A DNA stretch of 64,000 nt from Macrostomum lignano. Its lineage: Eukaryota. The position numbers and the translations under genes were made by a program. Each line of letters opens with the position of its first letter. Position 1 is the stretch's first letter. The notes under the pieces are model-generated. The model worked only from the letters and a program-made list of their open reading frames with translations, was not told the DNA's origin and did not search any database. Location of the stretch: the NCBI GenBank assembly GCA_002269645.1, contig NIVC01001387.1, positions 128,136 to 192,135 of the forward strand, written 5' to 3'. This document shows positions 24,688-37,143 of this stretch, piece after piece.

Positions 24688-27576
24688 TAGGGACTTCAGT
24701 GAGATTTTCAAAGTTTACTTTTTTCATATTTTTGATATATACATTTGATAGAAGAAAGTGTTTGAATTCTAAAATGGCCTTTTTTGTCCAATTTGATCAA
24801 AGAATAAAAAAGTTATAACATTTTTGTGTGAAAAATGGCACTTTTTAGATAGGAAAGTAAATACACTACAGGTTGGTGCCTTTTGAGTGCTATATCTCTT
24901 TGGTCATATCTCTCTTAATATTTAACCTACAGTATTCATCTAAGTGTCATTTTAAAGATAAAGAAGTTTTATACAATAGTAATATAATTGTTTGACACAA
25001 TCAATGACAACTATTGTGTGAGCAGGCTTTGAAAATAAAAAACATACACTTTTTGTATGCTGCTAGGGTCAATTTTTCTTGTTGTAAATGTCTACTGTTT
25101 GTAGTTTTCAATATATCTTGATAATTTTTTGCTTCCTTTCAAACACCTAGTAGAATGTATCTAATCATAGTTTTTTACTTTAAAATTGCTTGGTTTAAAA
25201 AGTTCACCAATTTTGTGTCTTTTTTGCTATAAGAATTTGATGGCATGTTTTTGACTTGAAATGCATTGAAAGAATGCTAGAGAAAAGTCAACTGACTAAA
25301 TTTCAATTCTGATAAAGATTACATCACAAGTTGAAAACAGTGTCGAAAAATGCACACATGACTTGATTGAAATTGTGTAACCATATTGCTTACTTAAAAT
25401 GAGACTGATACTGGCTGACTGAGAAATTGATTATGTCATAACATTTTACTCTAACCAACTTGCTATAAATATAGAATTATAAGGGCCACAATTCATGTTC
25501 TCCAATTGAAAAGAGATAGCCTAGATACAAACAGACTGGACTGCTAATGTGGCAACCTGGTTTCAAATCTTAGTAGTGCAAAATAATTAAAGAGCCACTA
25601 TGTCAAACATTAAAGAGCTACCATGTCAAACATAAAAGAGCCACCATGTAGAACATAAAGAGCCACCATGTCAAACAATAAAAAGCCACTATGTCAAACA
25701 TAAAGGAGACATCATTTCAAATATGAAAAGAAGCATCATTCCAAACTTAAAGGAGCCACTATAAAGCTAGGGATATTGTTGCACTAGCTACTTGTTGTCT
25801 GGTAGATGCTTGCTATCTGAGGGATGTTTGCTATCTGAGTGATGCTTGTTATTGGGGGGATGCTTGCTATTGGAAGAATGCTTGCTATCTGGGGTAACTT
25901 GCTATTGGGGGATGCTTGCTCTTGGAGAGTACTTGCTATCTGAGAGGGGGTTGCTAGCTATCTATAAGGATTCTTTGTATCCAGGGATGCTTGATATCTA
26001 GGGGATGCTTGCATGCTGTCTGGGAATGCTTGCTATCTGGGGGATGCTTGCTATCTGGGAGATGCCTGCATACTGTCTAGGGATGCTTGCTATCTGGGGA
26101 ATTCTTGCTATCTGGGGGATTCTTGCTATCTGGGAGATGCTTGCTATTGGGGGATGCTTGATATTGAAGAGGCAAAAGGCTTGCTCTTGGCGGGAGGCTA
26201 CTTGCTATATTGGGAGAAGGAGTTTTTCTATCTGGGGAGTGCTTGCTATCTAGGGAGATACTTGCTGTCTTGGGATGTTTTCTTTTTAGATGGATTGTCT
26301 ATTGACTTTGTGAAAGCTTTATTTTGCTGTCTTTTTGTTACTTTTAGAGAACAGATATTCTATCTAGATGTCCCCCATTAGGGGCAAAGATTGCTAGTAT
26401 TGTACCTAAAATTGTATTGTGAAATTGCTTATTAAGCATACAAATTAAATAGACCATCTCTTACAAAGTTCAGTTAATTTTAGGAGTTTGCACTGCAGAC
26501 CAAGTCAAGTTTAGTGCATTCCAGGGGTCACTTGTTGGGGTTGCAATTGCTATACCCCAATAAGCTGGAGCAAGAATTAGTTTTAAATTTCCTATAGTAA
26601 AAGTCCTTCTTTTTAGTTAAGAAAAGCTATAATAATCCACTTTTTATATAAGTAGCATATAAGTAGTATATGTGTACATATTTTTCAAAAAAGAACTCAC
26701 AATTGCATGTTTTAGACACAAAATAGGAGACTACTAACTTTGTCAAATTGTTATCTATGTATAAGTGAATCGAATGCAGTAAAGAAATGGCATGTAGAAC
26801 AAAGCTATATTTTTTGTGCATAAGTAGTTTGTAAGTAGTTCAAATGCTCACCAAAATAAAAAATTGTTATTGCATAGAAGTGAGACATGCAAAATGAAAG
26901 TGGATATTGCTAAAGATTGCATTTATACCATTTTCTTAAAAACAATACATAAAAAGTCTATGAAATGAAGTCATCTATAAAAAATGCAATTTTCAGTTCT
27001 AGGGTAAAAATACATTGCAGAGATGGCAAAAAATGAGCCTAAAGAAAGCTTGATAAATTTTGAGTGAGAAGAGATATAAACAAACAATTATTCTATGTGT
27101 TCATTTGACATTTTCATAAAGGTGCATAAAAAACACTATTTAGAATTGCGTGAAATCTAATAAAAAAGTTATTCAACTTTAAACTTTTACATAGGCCAAA
27201 AAAACAATTTTTTTGCAAAAGCACTTTTTTGGACCTTTAACTATCTAACTATTAATATCATTACTATCATTAAACTTTGTTTAAATAGCCCATTTAGCAT
27301 GAAAAATGAATCTGTTTAAAATTGTATTTTGTTGCTGTAGCACCAATTTATATGTATTACGAAAAATTTACAATGTTTGAACAACTGCTCTTAGAATATT
27401 TAATATTTTCATTTAAGAGTTATTTTATTAGAAAGATATATTTTTCTAGTTTCCTTATACATATTTTGGATTTTTATAAAACCAGTTCAATATTTAGTAT
27501 TTGGATTTTTAAGTTTTAGGAATTTTTGTTTTTTTCTGCATCATTTTCAACTTTTAAAATCTCACTGAAGTCCCTA
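24688..27576. mobile_element. Old non-autonomous TIR element (about 2.9 kb) with TAGGG termini, hAT-like
   Basis: TAGGGACTTCAGTGAGATTTT(C/A)AAAGTT inverted at both ends (27 of 28 match); no coding remnant seen; TSD not clean (CTATAGC / CTATAAT). Confidence 0.6.
25590..26270. repeat. Degenerate arrays (AGAGCCACTATGTCAAACAT; GGGATGCTTGCTATCTG) inside the 2.9-kb TIR element
   Basis: Visible decayed tandem units. Confidence 0.8.
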
Positions 27577-30429
27577 CTATAATTATAAATACTATTAGTA
27601 TATAAAACCAGTATTTATTTTAGTTAACATGCAAATAACAAAAGCACTTAACTTAGTCCTAGGCCTAATTATATGATATTGTGCAAAATAACAAGTGCCC
27701 TTTGAAAAAGCCATTATACTAGAAAGATGTTATTATATTATTATTAGCCTTAGTCTTAGACCTACTTATTATTAGCCTATTATCCTAATTAAAACAAATT
27801 AAATATGAAATTCAAAAAAGTTTTTTCTATGACAAATTTTTTTCTCTTTAGGTTAGGCCTATATTTGCTTTTTTAAATATTATATAGTATCCCAATTCAG
27901 CCAATTGCGAGGTTAATTATTTGCAATAAGAATTTTCTAAATTTTACTTGTAGGCCTAGGGCAGCCTCCATCTTTCTTATCCATGGCTATGCATAATGCA
28001 TAGTTTTATTGGCATGTTATGAGTCATACTTAGGAAGGTGTAAGCTACATTATAAATAGTGGAAAACTTTAGTGCACATAAATACAAAGTATGTAGAAAT
28101 TTAGTCTAGGCCCTAATTACCAACTAAGTCTAAATTTATAATAGAGGAAATAAAATAAAAATATAAGTGATGATAGCTAGTTATCAAGATTAACCTTATC
28201 ATACCTGGTTGCCTGCCAAAATGGTTGGGTTGTTAAAAGAATTGTTCATTGCATAATTCTGACTAAATTATGCAATACCCCCCTGTATATGTATATGATA
28301 ATGTATATGAAACACCCCCCTGGCCTACCCACCTGGCACCTAGCTAGGTGACAGTCTAGTCTCAGTTGTTACTGAAATTGACTGTTATTAATTATTTCAA
28401 GAACTATTATAGGCCAAAACTGCAAAAGAAACGTTAACAGAGTCATATCAATTCATCGGGTTTAAGGAAGTAATACTAAGGTTTGTAGTATGGATTAGTC
28501 ATCTAATCGTTTTAGTACCAACTATAGAAAGTACTGCTCATTCATTTACTCAGCCATTATTAATTATTTCTCGCACAAAATAACGTAGCAAAGTCAAGCA
28601 GCCAAATTCGATCAAATAAATTACCTGCAGTTATATTTTATAAATGATTAAACTTTATAAATAAATATACCGTGACTGCTTTTAACGTCACGTTATCAAA
28701 TGTTTTGTTTATCTGAATACTAATACAAAAAAATTCTCCGGTTTACTAAAATTGATAAACGGGCCCAGTGGTCAAGGTTTTTTTTATTATATTCATAGCC
28801 CTTACAGGCTGATGCCTTGTACTACATTTGTGTCTTTGTCTTTCTTCTTACCAAAGACGTATAAGTAATCATACTTCGGCGACCTCACGCAAACTAGAAG
28901 TTTGTCTCACTTTCGTTACATGTACAGCTAATTAAAAGATAATAGGTACTTACTTGTAATGCTAGAAAGCTCGTACCTACTTGCACTGTTCTGCGTTGAC
29001 GTCTCGTTCACGAGACGCGTAGAGCTATAATTATGTCAGACTATGCGAGCAATTTCAAATTTACGTATCAGAGAAGCTTCTTTTCTAAATTAACGAGTGC
29101 ATTTTGATGCATGATAATATTTGTACCAATTTGCCTTAAATGTGCATGAATATAAAAATCCAAATTTTATCTTCAATATTTCTTGTCACATTAATAAAAT
29201 TAAAAAACAGAAATAAGTTATTTTAGAACGTTTAGCACGCACCTGATTTGTTTTATTAGATTTCAAATTCATTGTACCGCGTTTTAAGGAATACAACTCC
29301 CAGAACAATTTTAAGACAAAAAGCGGCAAAGAAAAATGTCGCTACAGATAAGAGATGGTCACATGTCTGTTTAAGTCGGTACAGCCTGATTCTCCTAAAT
29401 ATGATTAAGGCTTAGTTGCATTATCACTTATCAGAGTTACGAGCTACCTGCAAGAGAACAAAATGCAATTCTCTCGATGTTGCTAGCACGTGAATCCGAT
29501 ATTGTTGCACTAATAATAATGGGACAGGTTGCATAGAAACCGCTGAGCAGTAAGTATCATGCACAATGTCTCGCAAATTTATTAAATATACATTGAGCGG
29601 ACAACTAGCTGTTAGATTTTATTAGAAGTTTCATTTTCAAAAAACAAGATTCGCGCCGAGTCGAGATGCGGACAAAAAGATGACAGCGAAAAAAGGCGAA
29701 TACCAAAGCAATAGGCTCGCATTTATCCACTCTGAATAGATAGAGACATCGAGAAGCTAATCCTCTTACGAAATGCAAAGCGCTGACGGGGTACACACAA
29801 TTATTTTTAGACTTTATAGATCCTTTTTATTAAAAATGTTTACCCATTGAATTGTTTTGATAGGACATGTTAATTGAGAAGTTTTCTAGCTTAATAGTGC
29901 CTAACACTATGCTGCTTTCGAGTAATAATTGAAGTATAGGAAACCTTATTTATTTTGTACGGCTAAATCTCGTTGACCAACGGAAAAATAGTACTGAAAA
30001 ACTAGGAAAAAACAGCTAGCATCTAGAAAAACACAATCCAGAGCAAAACAGATTTTAACTTGAAAAATTGAAAGTAAAAAATCTGGAATCAAAATAGCAT
30101 ACCGCCAGTACAGTACGTACTTAGTTACAGAAGAAAATACCAACATTCCACAATTACAAACTTGAATAGACATGGCATAGCAACTCAATTTTAATCAAAA
30201 CAACGCATGCTACTTTACGAAACTTGATGTTCGTAACACAACCTACGACTATCTGAACATTCCATCACATATGTTTCTATTTGAGTTTAAATAGTTGCTT
30301 CTTTTGAATAATTATATTAAGGTAATATTCAAATCGTCCACTGCGCACGACTACTAGTAGGCTAGTAGGGCAGCGAAACCATGCTATAATTACACAATTA
30401 ATCATTCAATCAATATTACTGAAGATTAG

Positions 30430-30607
<178 letters not shown>

Positions 30608-30665
30608 CAAAGACACAAAGACAGGCTGGCAGACAGAATAGGCACAGCTAAAGGTCAAAAGCAGC

Positions 30666-31163
30666 TCAGCTAGGCGCGTGATGCATCTGCTTGCTCCTGT
30701 TCAGCTTCATGTGACTGGCCACCAGTTCCTGATTGGCCAGAGCCGCTAGCAGGGAGATCTCGGCGCACAGGACGCCGGCGCAGATCACCTGTGCCAGACA
30801 GGCGGCCGGCTGGTCCTCCGGCAGGCCAACCAGCCGCAGGCAGGCCCGCTGAGTTGGCAGATGCGTGCCGCCGCCAACTACGCCAACCTCCAGACAGGGC
30901 ATGGTGACGCTGGCGTACAGATCTCCGCTGCCATCGTCCAATACTTCTAAACAGGTGATGGCCTGGCTGGCCTCAACCACCTGGGCCGGGTCCTGGCCGC
31001 AGGCGATGAACACGGCGGCTGCCAGGTTGGCTGCGTGGGCGTTGAATCCGCCGACTGTGCCAGCCAATGAGCTGCCCTCCAGATTTTTGGCTTGGTTCAA
31101 AGCCACCAGGCTGGCTGGTGAGACGCGAAGTGTCGATCGGACTAGAGACTCGGGTAGGCGAGT
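30666..31163 (-). CDS. HMGCR: HMG-CoA reductase last exon (KNL.GS, FNAHAAN, CGQD, GGGT, SHMKLNRS, stop)
   Basis: Catalytic Asp (CGQD), catalytic His and the AMPK-site Ser (HMKLNRS) are retained; TGA at 30666-30668. Confidence 0.96.
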   Translation of the reverse strand, partial: TRLPESLVRSTLRVSPASLVALNQAKNLEGSSLAGTVGGFNAHAANLAAAVFIACGQDPAQVVEASQAITCLEVLDDGSGDLYASVTMPCLEVGVVGGGTHLPTQRACLRLVGLPEDQPAACLAQVICAGVLCAEISLLAALANQELVASHMKLNRSKQMHHAPS

Positions 31164-31264
31164 CTGCGGTCAGTTAACGAGTTTATTAGTAATTTAAATT
31201 ATTGAAGTCTACTAATAGTAAAACATGAATCATTTAGGCTTTTCTGAATGTTTCCAAATGCCAA

Positions 31265-31715
31265 TTCACACCGGAAGTGAATTCCTAGAAATTGCGCACC
31301 GGTTGTTTTTAGGAATTTTGTATTTGATTTTCCTAGAAATGTCACAACGGAAGCTCTCAGAAGCCTCACACCGGAAATTCTTAGAAATATCACACCGGAA
31401 GTTTACAGAAATGTCACATCGGAAGTTTACAGAAATGTCACACCGGAAGTTTACAGGAATATCACACCGGAAGTTTACAGAAATGTCACACCGGAAGTTT
31501 ACAGGAATATCACACCGAAAGTTTACAGAAATGTCACATCGGAAGTTTACAGGAATATCACACCGGAAGTTTACAGGAATATCACACCGGAAGTACACAC
31601 AAATATCACACCGGAATTTCACACAAATATCACACCGGAAGTTTTTTACAGAACATTTCACAGGAAGCTATCAGGAATATCATACCGGAAGCTGTTAGAA
31701 AAATCACACCGGAAA
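31265..31715. repeat. 24-bp minisatellite (CACACCGGAAGTTTACAGAAATGT), HMGCR intron 4
   Basis: Tandem copies. Confidence 0.95.
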
Positions 31716-31770
31716 TTCCAAGAAAACCCCAAACCATATAAAGCCCCCCCCCTACCCAAACCGGACTCAC

Positions 31771-32028
31771 CTCGCACACAACGGACTTGCCCCTGCCCAA
31801 TATCCAATTGACAGCCGTTGGCTTCTTATCCGAGCAGGCGTTGCCGGACAGGCTGACTAGCCGGGCCTCTGGAAACCGGGACAGCAACGAGGAGACGGCG
31901 GCTTCGGCCCCCTTGGACAGCATGTTCATGCCCATTGCGTCGCCAGTCTCGGCGCAGTAGCGCAGATGAAGCCGACGGCCGGACAGAAAGCAGGCTAGCG
32001 AGCGTAGGCGGCAGTGACCCGAGGTGGC
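31771..32028 (-). CDS. HMGCR: HMG-CoA reductase exon 4 (TGDAMGMNMLSKG, SGNACSDKKP, GRGKSVVCE)
   Basis: NADPH-binding and DKK motifs; 258 nt; GTGAG donor. Confidence 0.96.
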
Positions 32029-32185
32029 CTGAGATGAAACAAATTTTTTCATAGATTTTTACCTCAGCAAGTTTCTAGTTTATAAGAACACCATCTGTAA
32101 TCTGTCCAAATTACAGTAAAAAGTCGTTTCATAAATCCCATATTCCTAGAAATAGCGTTTTTACCTTCCCTATTCTAAAAAACTA

Positions 32186-32855
32186 TAATAATAAGAGCAG
32201 ATGTGCAACCGACAGCTCAGCCGCAGCTATTGCGCGGCGCATCTGAAGGCTGCGTACGGCTGTTCAGTCCAAGGACTGGAGGGGGGTCGCCACACACAGC
32301 CTCAATTACACAGCTAATGCTGGCACCCATTTTACAGCTGGGTGAACTGAAGGGCCACAGCTACGTCTCTCTGACCCATCAGTGACCCACAACTACCATC
32401 ATCTCTCTGACCCATCAGTGACCCACAACTACCATCATCTCTCTGACCCATCAGTGACCCACAGCTACCATCATCTCTCTGACCCATCAGTTACCCACAG
32501 CTACCATTATCTCTCTGACCCATCAGTGACCCACAGCTACCATCATCTCTCTGACCCATCAGTTACCCACAGCTACCATTATCTCTCTGACCCATCAGTT
32601 ACCCACAGCTACCATCATCTCTCTGACCCATCAGTGACCCACAGCTACCATCATCTCTCTGACCCATCAGTGACCACAGCTACCATCATCTCTGACCCAT
32701 CAGTGACCCACTGCTACCATCATCTCTCTGAGCACTGAAGCAATGCAATGTTAAGTGTCTTGCTCAAGGACACAAATTGTTCCAGTCGGATCAGGAATCG
32801 AACCCCCAACCTTCAAGTCGTGTGTCCGACTCTCTAACCACTAGGCTACAACCCC
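32186..32855 (-). mobile_element. tRNA-derived CORE-SINE in HMGCR intron 3, interrupted by a minisatellite
   Basis: Box A TAGCCTAGTGG and box B GGTTCGATTCC; MIR/CORE-like block (plus strand CCCATTTTACAGCTGGGTGAACTGAAG...GTTAAGTGTCTTGCTCAAGGACACA); (TTA)n tail. Confidence 0.8.
32353..32733. repeat. 36-bp minisatellite (GACCCATCAGTGACCCACAGCTACCATCATCTCTCT) inside the SINE
   Basis: About 10 copies flanked by an ACTGAAG direct repeat. Confidence 0.95.
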
Positions 32856-33032
32856 ATAGTACGAAACAGCAACTCTCAACTTCTTAAACTTCTACATATT
32901 CCTAGAAAATACGGCAGCACTCTGGCGCAACGCATTCAACGGCATCGTCCCGCGACACCAACGCTCATACAGGGTGTACAGCGGTCCTTTGACTTTCTAA
33001 TTCTGTCAGGCATGTACATACTAGCTACAAAC

Positions 33033-33338
33033 CTCAAAGGCGCTGGCGGCCAGGGTCTGCCCGGCCTCGGATTCGGCAAACTGCATACACCGGACAGCCT
33101 GTACAGCGCTGGGAAACTCCAGCAATGGAGCCCTGGTCATGCCGTCCCGGTACACGCTGGCCCGACAGCCGCCTGCGGCTCTGAGAACTGCACAGCCGCG
33201 ATTCACCGAGGCCACCAGGCAGCCCTCCGTGGTGGCGAGAGGCAGCCGGTGCTCCATGCCGTTCACTAGCAGAGGCCCGACCAGGCCGAGTGGCAGCGTT
33301 GCCAAGCCGATCACCTCTTCGCAGCAGCGGCCGGTTAC
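33033..33338 (-). CDS. HMGCR: HMG-CoA reductase exon 3 (CCEEVIG, PLATTEGCLVAS, DGMTRAP)
   Basis: Class I HMGR motif containing the catalytic Glu (TTEG); canonical splice sites; 306 nt. Confidence 0.96.
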
Positions 33339-33431
33339 CTGAATTGAGTATATTTCAATATTAGATTGCTAATAAGTGCTTGCCTACTAACAAGTAGCCG
33401 GTAGAGAATGCAAAGGGATTAATACGCGAGG

Positions 33432-34270
33432 GGAATTTCGAGCTTTGGTGAATATTCGAGCTCTGGTGAAGATTCGAGCTTTGGTGAAGATTCGAGCTTT
33501 GGTGAAGATTCAAGCTTTGGTGAAGATTCGAGCTTTGGTGAAGATTCAAGCTTTGGTGAAGATTCGAGCTTTGGTAAAGATTCGAGCTCTGGTGAAGATT
33601 CGAGCTCTGGTGAAGATTCGAGTTTTGGTGGAGATTCGAGCTTTGGTGAAGATTCGAGCTTTGGTGAAGATTCAAGCTTTGGTGAAGATTCGAGCTTTGG
33701 TGAAGATTCAAGCTTTGGTGAAGATTCGAGCTTTGGTAAAGATTCGAGCTCTGGTGAAGATTCGAGCTCTGGTGAAGATTCGAGTTTTGGTGGAGATTCG
33801 AGCTTTGGTGAAGATTCGAGCTTTGGTGAAGATTCAAGCTTTGGTGAAGATTCGAGCTTTGGTAAAGATTCGAGCTCTGGTGAAGATTCGAGCTTTGGTG
33901 AAGATTCGAGTTTTGGTGGAGATTCGAGCTTTGGTGAAGATTCGAGCTTTGGTGAAGATTCAAGCTTTGGTGAAGATTCAAGCTTTGGTGAAGATTCGAG
34001 CTTTGGTGAAGATTCGAGTTTTGGTGAAGATTCGAGCTTTGGTGAAGATTCGAGCCTTGGTGAAGATTCGAGCTTTGGTGAAGATTCGAGCCTTGGTGAA
34101 GATTCAAGCTTTGGTGAAGATTCGAGCTTTGGTGAAGATTCGAGTTTTGGTGAAGATTCGAGCTTTGGTGAAGATTCGAGCCTAATTGAAGATTCGAGCT
34201 TTGGTGAAGATTCGAGCTTCGGTGAAGATTCGAGCTTTGGTGAAGATTCGAGCTTCGGTGAAGATTCAAG
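33432..34270. repeat. 18-bp minisatellite (TTCGAGCTTTGGTGAAGA), HMGCR intron 2
   Basis: About 46 copies. Confidence 0.97.
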
Positions 34271-34413
34271 CTCACACAGAGAAGGAAACAGGAACAGCGT
34301 TTTATAGAACAAAAACAGCTTCATAAAATTTCGAGCACACCTTGAACCAGACAAGCACACTTGCTTCAATTTGAAATTTAGTGCTAAAAAACACTAAAAA
34401 AACGGTAGCCCAC

Positions 34414-35460
34414 CTGTTTCCAATCGTAGTCCTGAAATGGTATGTGCGTCAACACGGTGCCAGCAGACACCAGGGTGCCAGCCAGGTGCAGCCGGCGTAG
34501 CTCCACAGCCCGATTCGGGCAGCCAGTCAGGCCCTCCAACTGTCGGGGCTTCACGTGTCCGGCCTGCATCAAGTTCAGATAGTCGGCGTTACTAAGGCAA
34601 CCGGCAACGGATCCACCGTCTCGACGTAGAAGCTGAAGCGCCTCCTCTAGAGAGCGCTGGCGCTGAGCGGGAGCTGGAGCAGGCGCCGACAGCTGCTGGC
34701 GCAATTGAGTCTGGCGCGAGAATGGCGCCAAGCCACTGGAGGACGATTCCGAAAGAACCCGTTTGCGCCACTGCACCGGCTCTCTTGTTTCACCATTCGC
34801 GTCGCTTTCGCCGCCTCTGGCGCCAATACTGACATCGCCAGCTGCGCCAATTAATTTGGCGCCAACTTTGTCGGCGCCAATATTAGCATCGGCGCTATTA
34901 TCTATGGCGGCGCGAACTTTGACGGCGCCACCATCAGCTTTGGCGCTAAAAATAGCACCACAATCGCCGGAATCAGGCTGAGAAGCAGCTGGATGCTGTT
35001 CGCAGACGGCAAATTGAATGCACAAATAGATGCAATAGGGCAATGCTAGGCACAGATCCCAAGCAGGAGAAGCCAGCCAAGAGCACAGGCGGCCAATAAG
35101 ATTGTCACTACCAGCGGAAGAGGCCGCGCCTCCGCCTAGCGACTGCAACAGCAGCACCCCGGCAACCATCATGGCTTTGATCTCCTGCTTCCTACTGCCA
35201 TAGTATTGATAGTAGTAACTGGCAGCGGCGTCTACGAATTTCGGCCGCATGCCTGGCGGCCCGCTGCTGGCCAACCTGACCAGATAGCCGGGTAGCAGGA
35301 CAAGGTGCAAGCAGGCGCAGGTAATTAACGTCAGGGCCATTGTGTGACAAACTTGGCGCAGTTCGGGAGATAGATTGGCCGCCACTCGGCCGCCAATAAA
35401 AAATCCGGCACCTTTGATAGCGTAGCCAGTTGCCATGGAGAGGACTGGACCGGCGATTGC
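34414..35460 (-). CDS. HMGCR: HMG-CoA reductase exon 2 (sterol-sensing-like helices, linker, start of catalytic domain)
   Basis: AIAGPVLS resembles AILGPTFT; LEGLTGCPNRAVELRR...IPFQDYDW matches the catalytic N-domain; 1047 nt in frame. Confidence 0.88.
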
Positions 35461-35564
35461 CTGTCAATCAGTTAATTAAAAAATAAATTACTGCATGTAA
35501 ATAAATATGGTGAAATAAAAGTACAATACGCACTTTCAGTTGATGACTTCTTAATGTATATCTA

Positions 35565-37110
35565 GGAGAGAGACCGCGGAGTCATAGAGTGGCCAATGTA
35601 CATCAAAGGTAGAGAGAAACTGCGGAGTCATAGAGTGGCCAATGTACATCAAAGGGAGAGAGAGAAACTGCAGAGTCATAGAGTGGCCAATGTACATCAA
35701 AGGGAGAGAAACTGTGGAGTCATAGAGTGGCCAATGTACATCAAAGGGAGAGAAACTGTGGAGTCATAGAGTGGCCAATGTACATCAAAGGGAGAGAGAG
35801 AAACTGCGGAGTCAAAGAGTGGCCAATGTACATCAAAGTGGAGAGAGAGAGAAACTGCGGAGTCAGAGTGGCCAATGTACATCAAAGGGAGAGAAACCGC
35901 GGAGTCATAGAGTGGCCAATGTACATCAAAGGGAGAGAAACTGCGGAGTCATAGAGTGGCCAATGTACATCAAAGGGAGAGAAACTGCGGAGTCATAGAG
36001 TGGCCAATGTACATCAAAGGGAGAGAGAGAAACTGCGAAGTCATAGAGTGGCCAATGTACATCAAAGTACATCAATGTACATTAAAAAATAAATTACTGC
36101 ATGTAAATAAATATGGTTGAATAAAAGTACCAAACGCTTTTTCAGTTGATGACTTCTTAATGTATATCTAGGAGAGAGAGACCGCGGAGTCATAGAGTAG
36201 CCAATGTACATCAAAGGGAGAGAGAGAAACTGCAGAGTCAAAGAGTGGCCAATGTACATCAAAGGGAGAGAAACCGCGGAGTCATAGAGTGGCCAATGTA
36301 CATCAAAGGGAGAGAAACCGCGGAGTCATAGAGTGGCCGATGTACATCAAAGGGAGAGAAACTGTGGAGTCATAGAGTGGCCAATGTACATCAAAGGGAG
36401 AGAGAGAACTGCGGAGTCAAAGAGTGGCCAATGTACATCAAAGGGAGAGAGAGAAACTGCGGAGTCAGAGTGGCCAATGTACATCAAAGGGAGAGAAACT
36501 GTGGAGTCATAGAGTGGCCAATGTACATCAAAGGGAGAGAAACTGTGGAGTCATAGAGTGGCCAATGTACATCAAAGGGAGAGAGAGAAACTGCGGAGTC
36601 AAAGAGTGGCCAATGTACATCAAAGGGAGAGAGAGAAACTGCGGAGTCAAAGAGTGGCCAATGTACATCAAAGTGGAGAGAGAGAGAAACTGCGGAGTCA
36701 GAGTGGCCAATGTACATCAAAGGGAGAGAAACCGCGGAGTCATAGAGTGGCCAATGTACATCAAAGGGAGAGAAACCGTGGAGTCATAGAGTGGCCAATG
36801 TACATCAAAGGGAGAGAGAGAAACTGCGGAGTCAAAGAGTGGCCAATGTACATCAAAGGGAGAGAGAGAAACCGCGGAGTCATAGAGTGGCCAATGTACA
36901 TCAAAGGGAGAGAGAGAAACTGCAGAGTCATAGAGTGGCCAATGTACATCAAAGGGAGAGAGAGGAACCGCGGAGTCATAGAGTGGCCAATGTACATCAA
37001 AGGGAGAGAGAGAAACTGCAGAGTCATAGAGTGGCCAATGTACATCAAAGGGAGAGAGAGAAACTGCAGAGTCATAGAGTGGCCAATGTACATCAAAGGG
37101 AGAGAGAGGG
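35565..37110. repeat. About 40-bp minisatellite (GAGTCATAGAGTGGCCAATGTACATCAAAGGGAGAGAAACTGCG), HMGCR intron 1
   Basis: Two blocks separated by a duplicated unique spacer of about 95 bp. Confidence 0.96.
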
Positions 37111-37143
37111 AGTCCCAAACTCGGCAATAATCAAGCAACGAAC

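Noticed and set aside
33419-34369. 316-aa (LESSPK)n ORF in the HMGCR sense orientation, resembling SP phospho-repeat proteins
   Set aside because: It is a by-product of the 18-bp intronic array, with no flanking splice support; HMGCR exons 2 and 3 join in frame without it.
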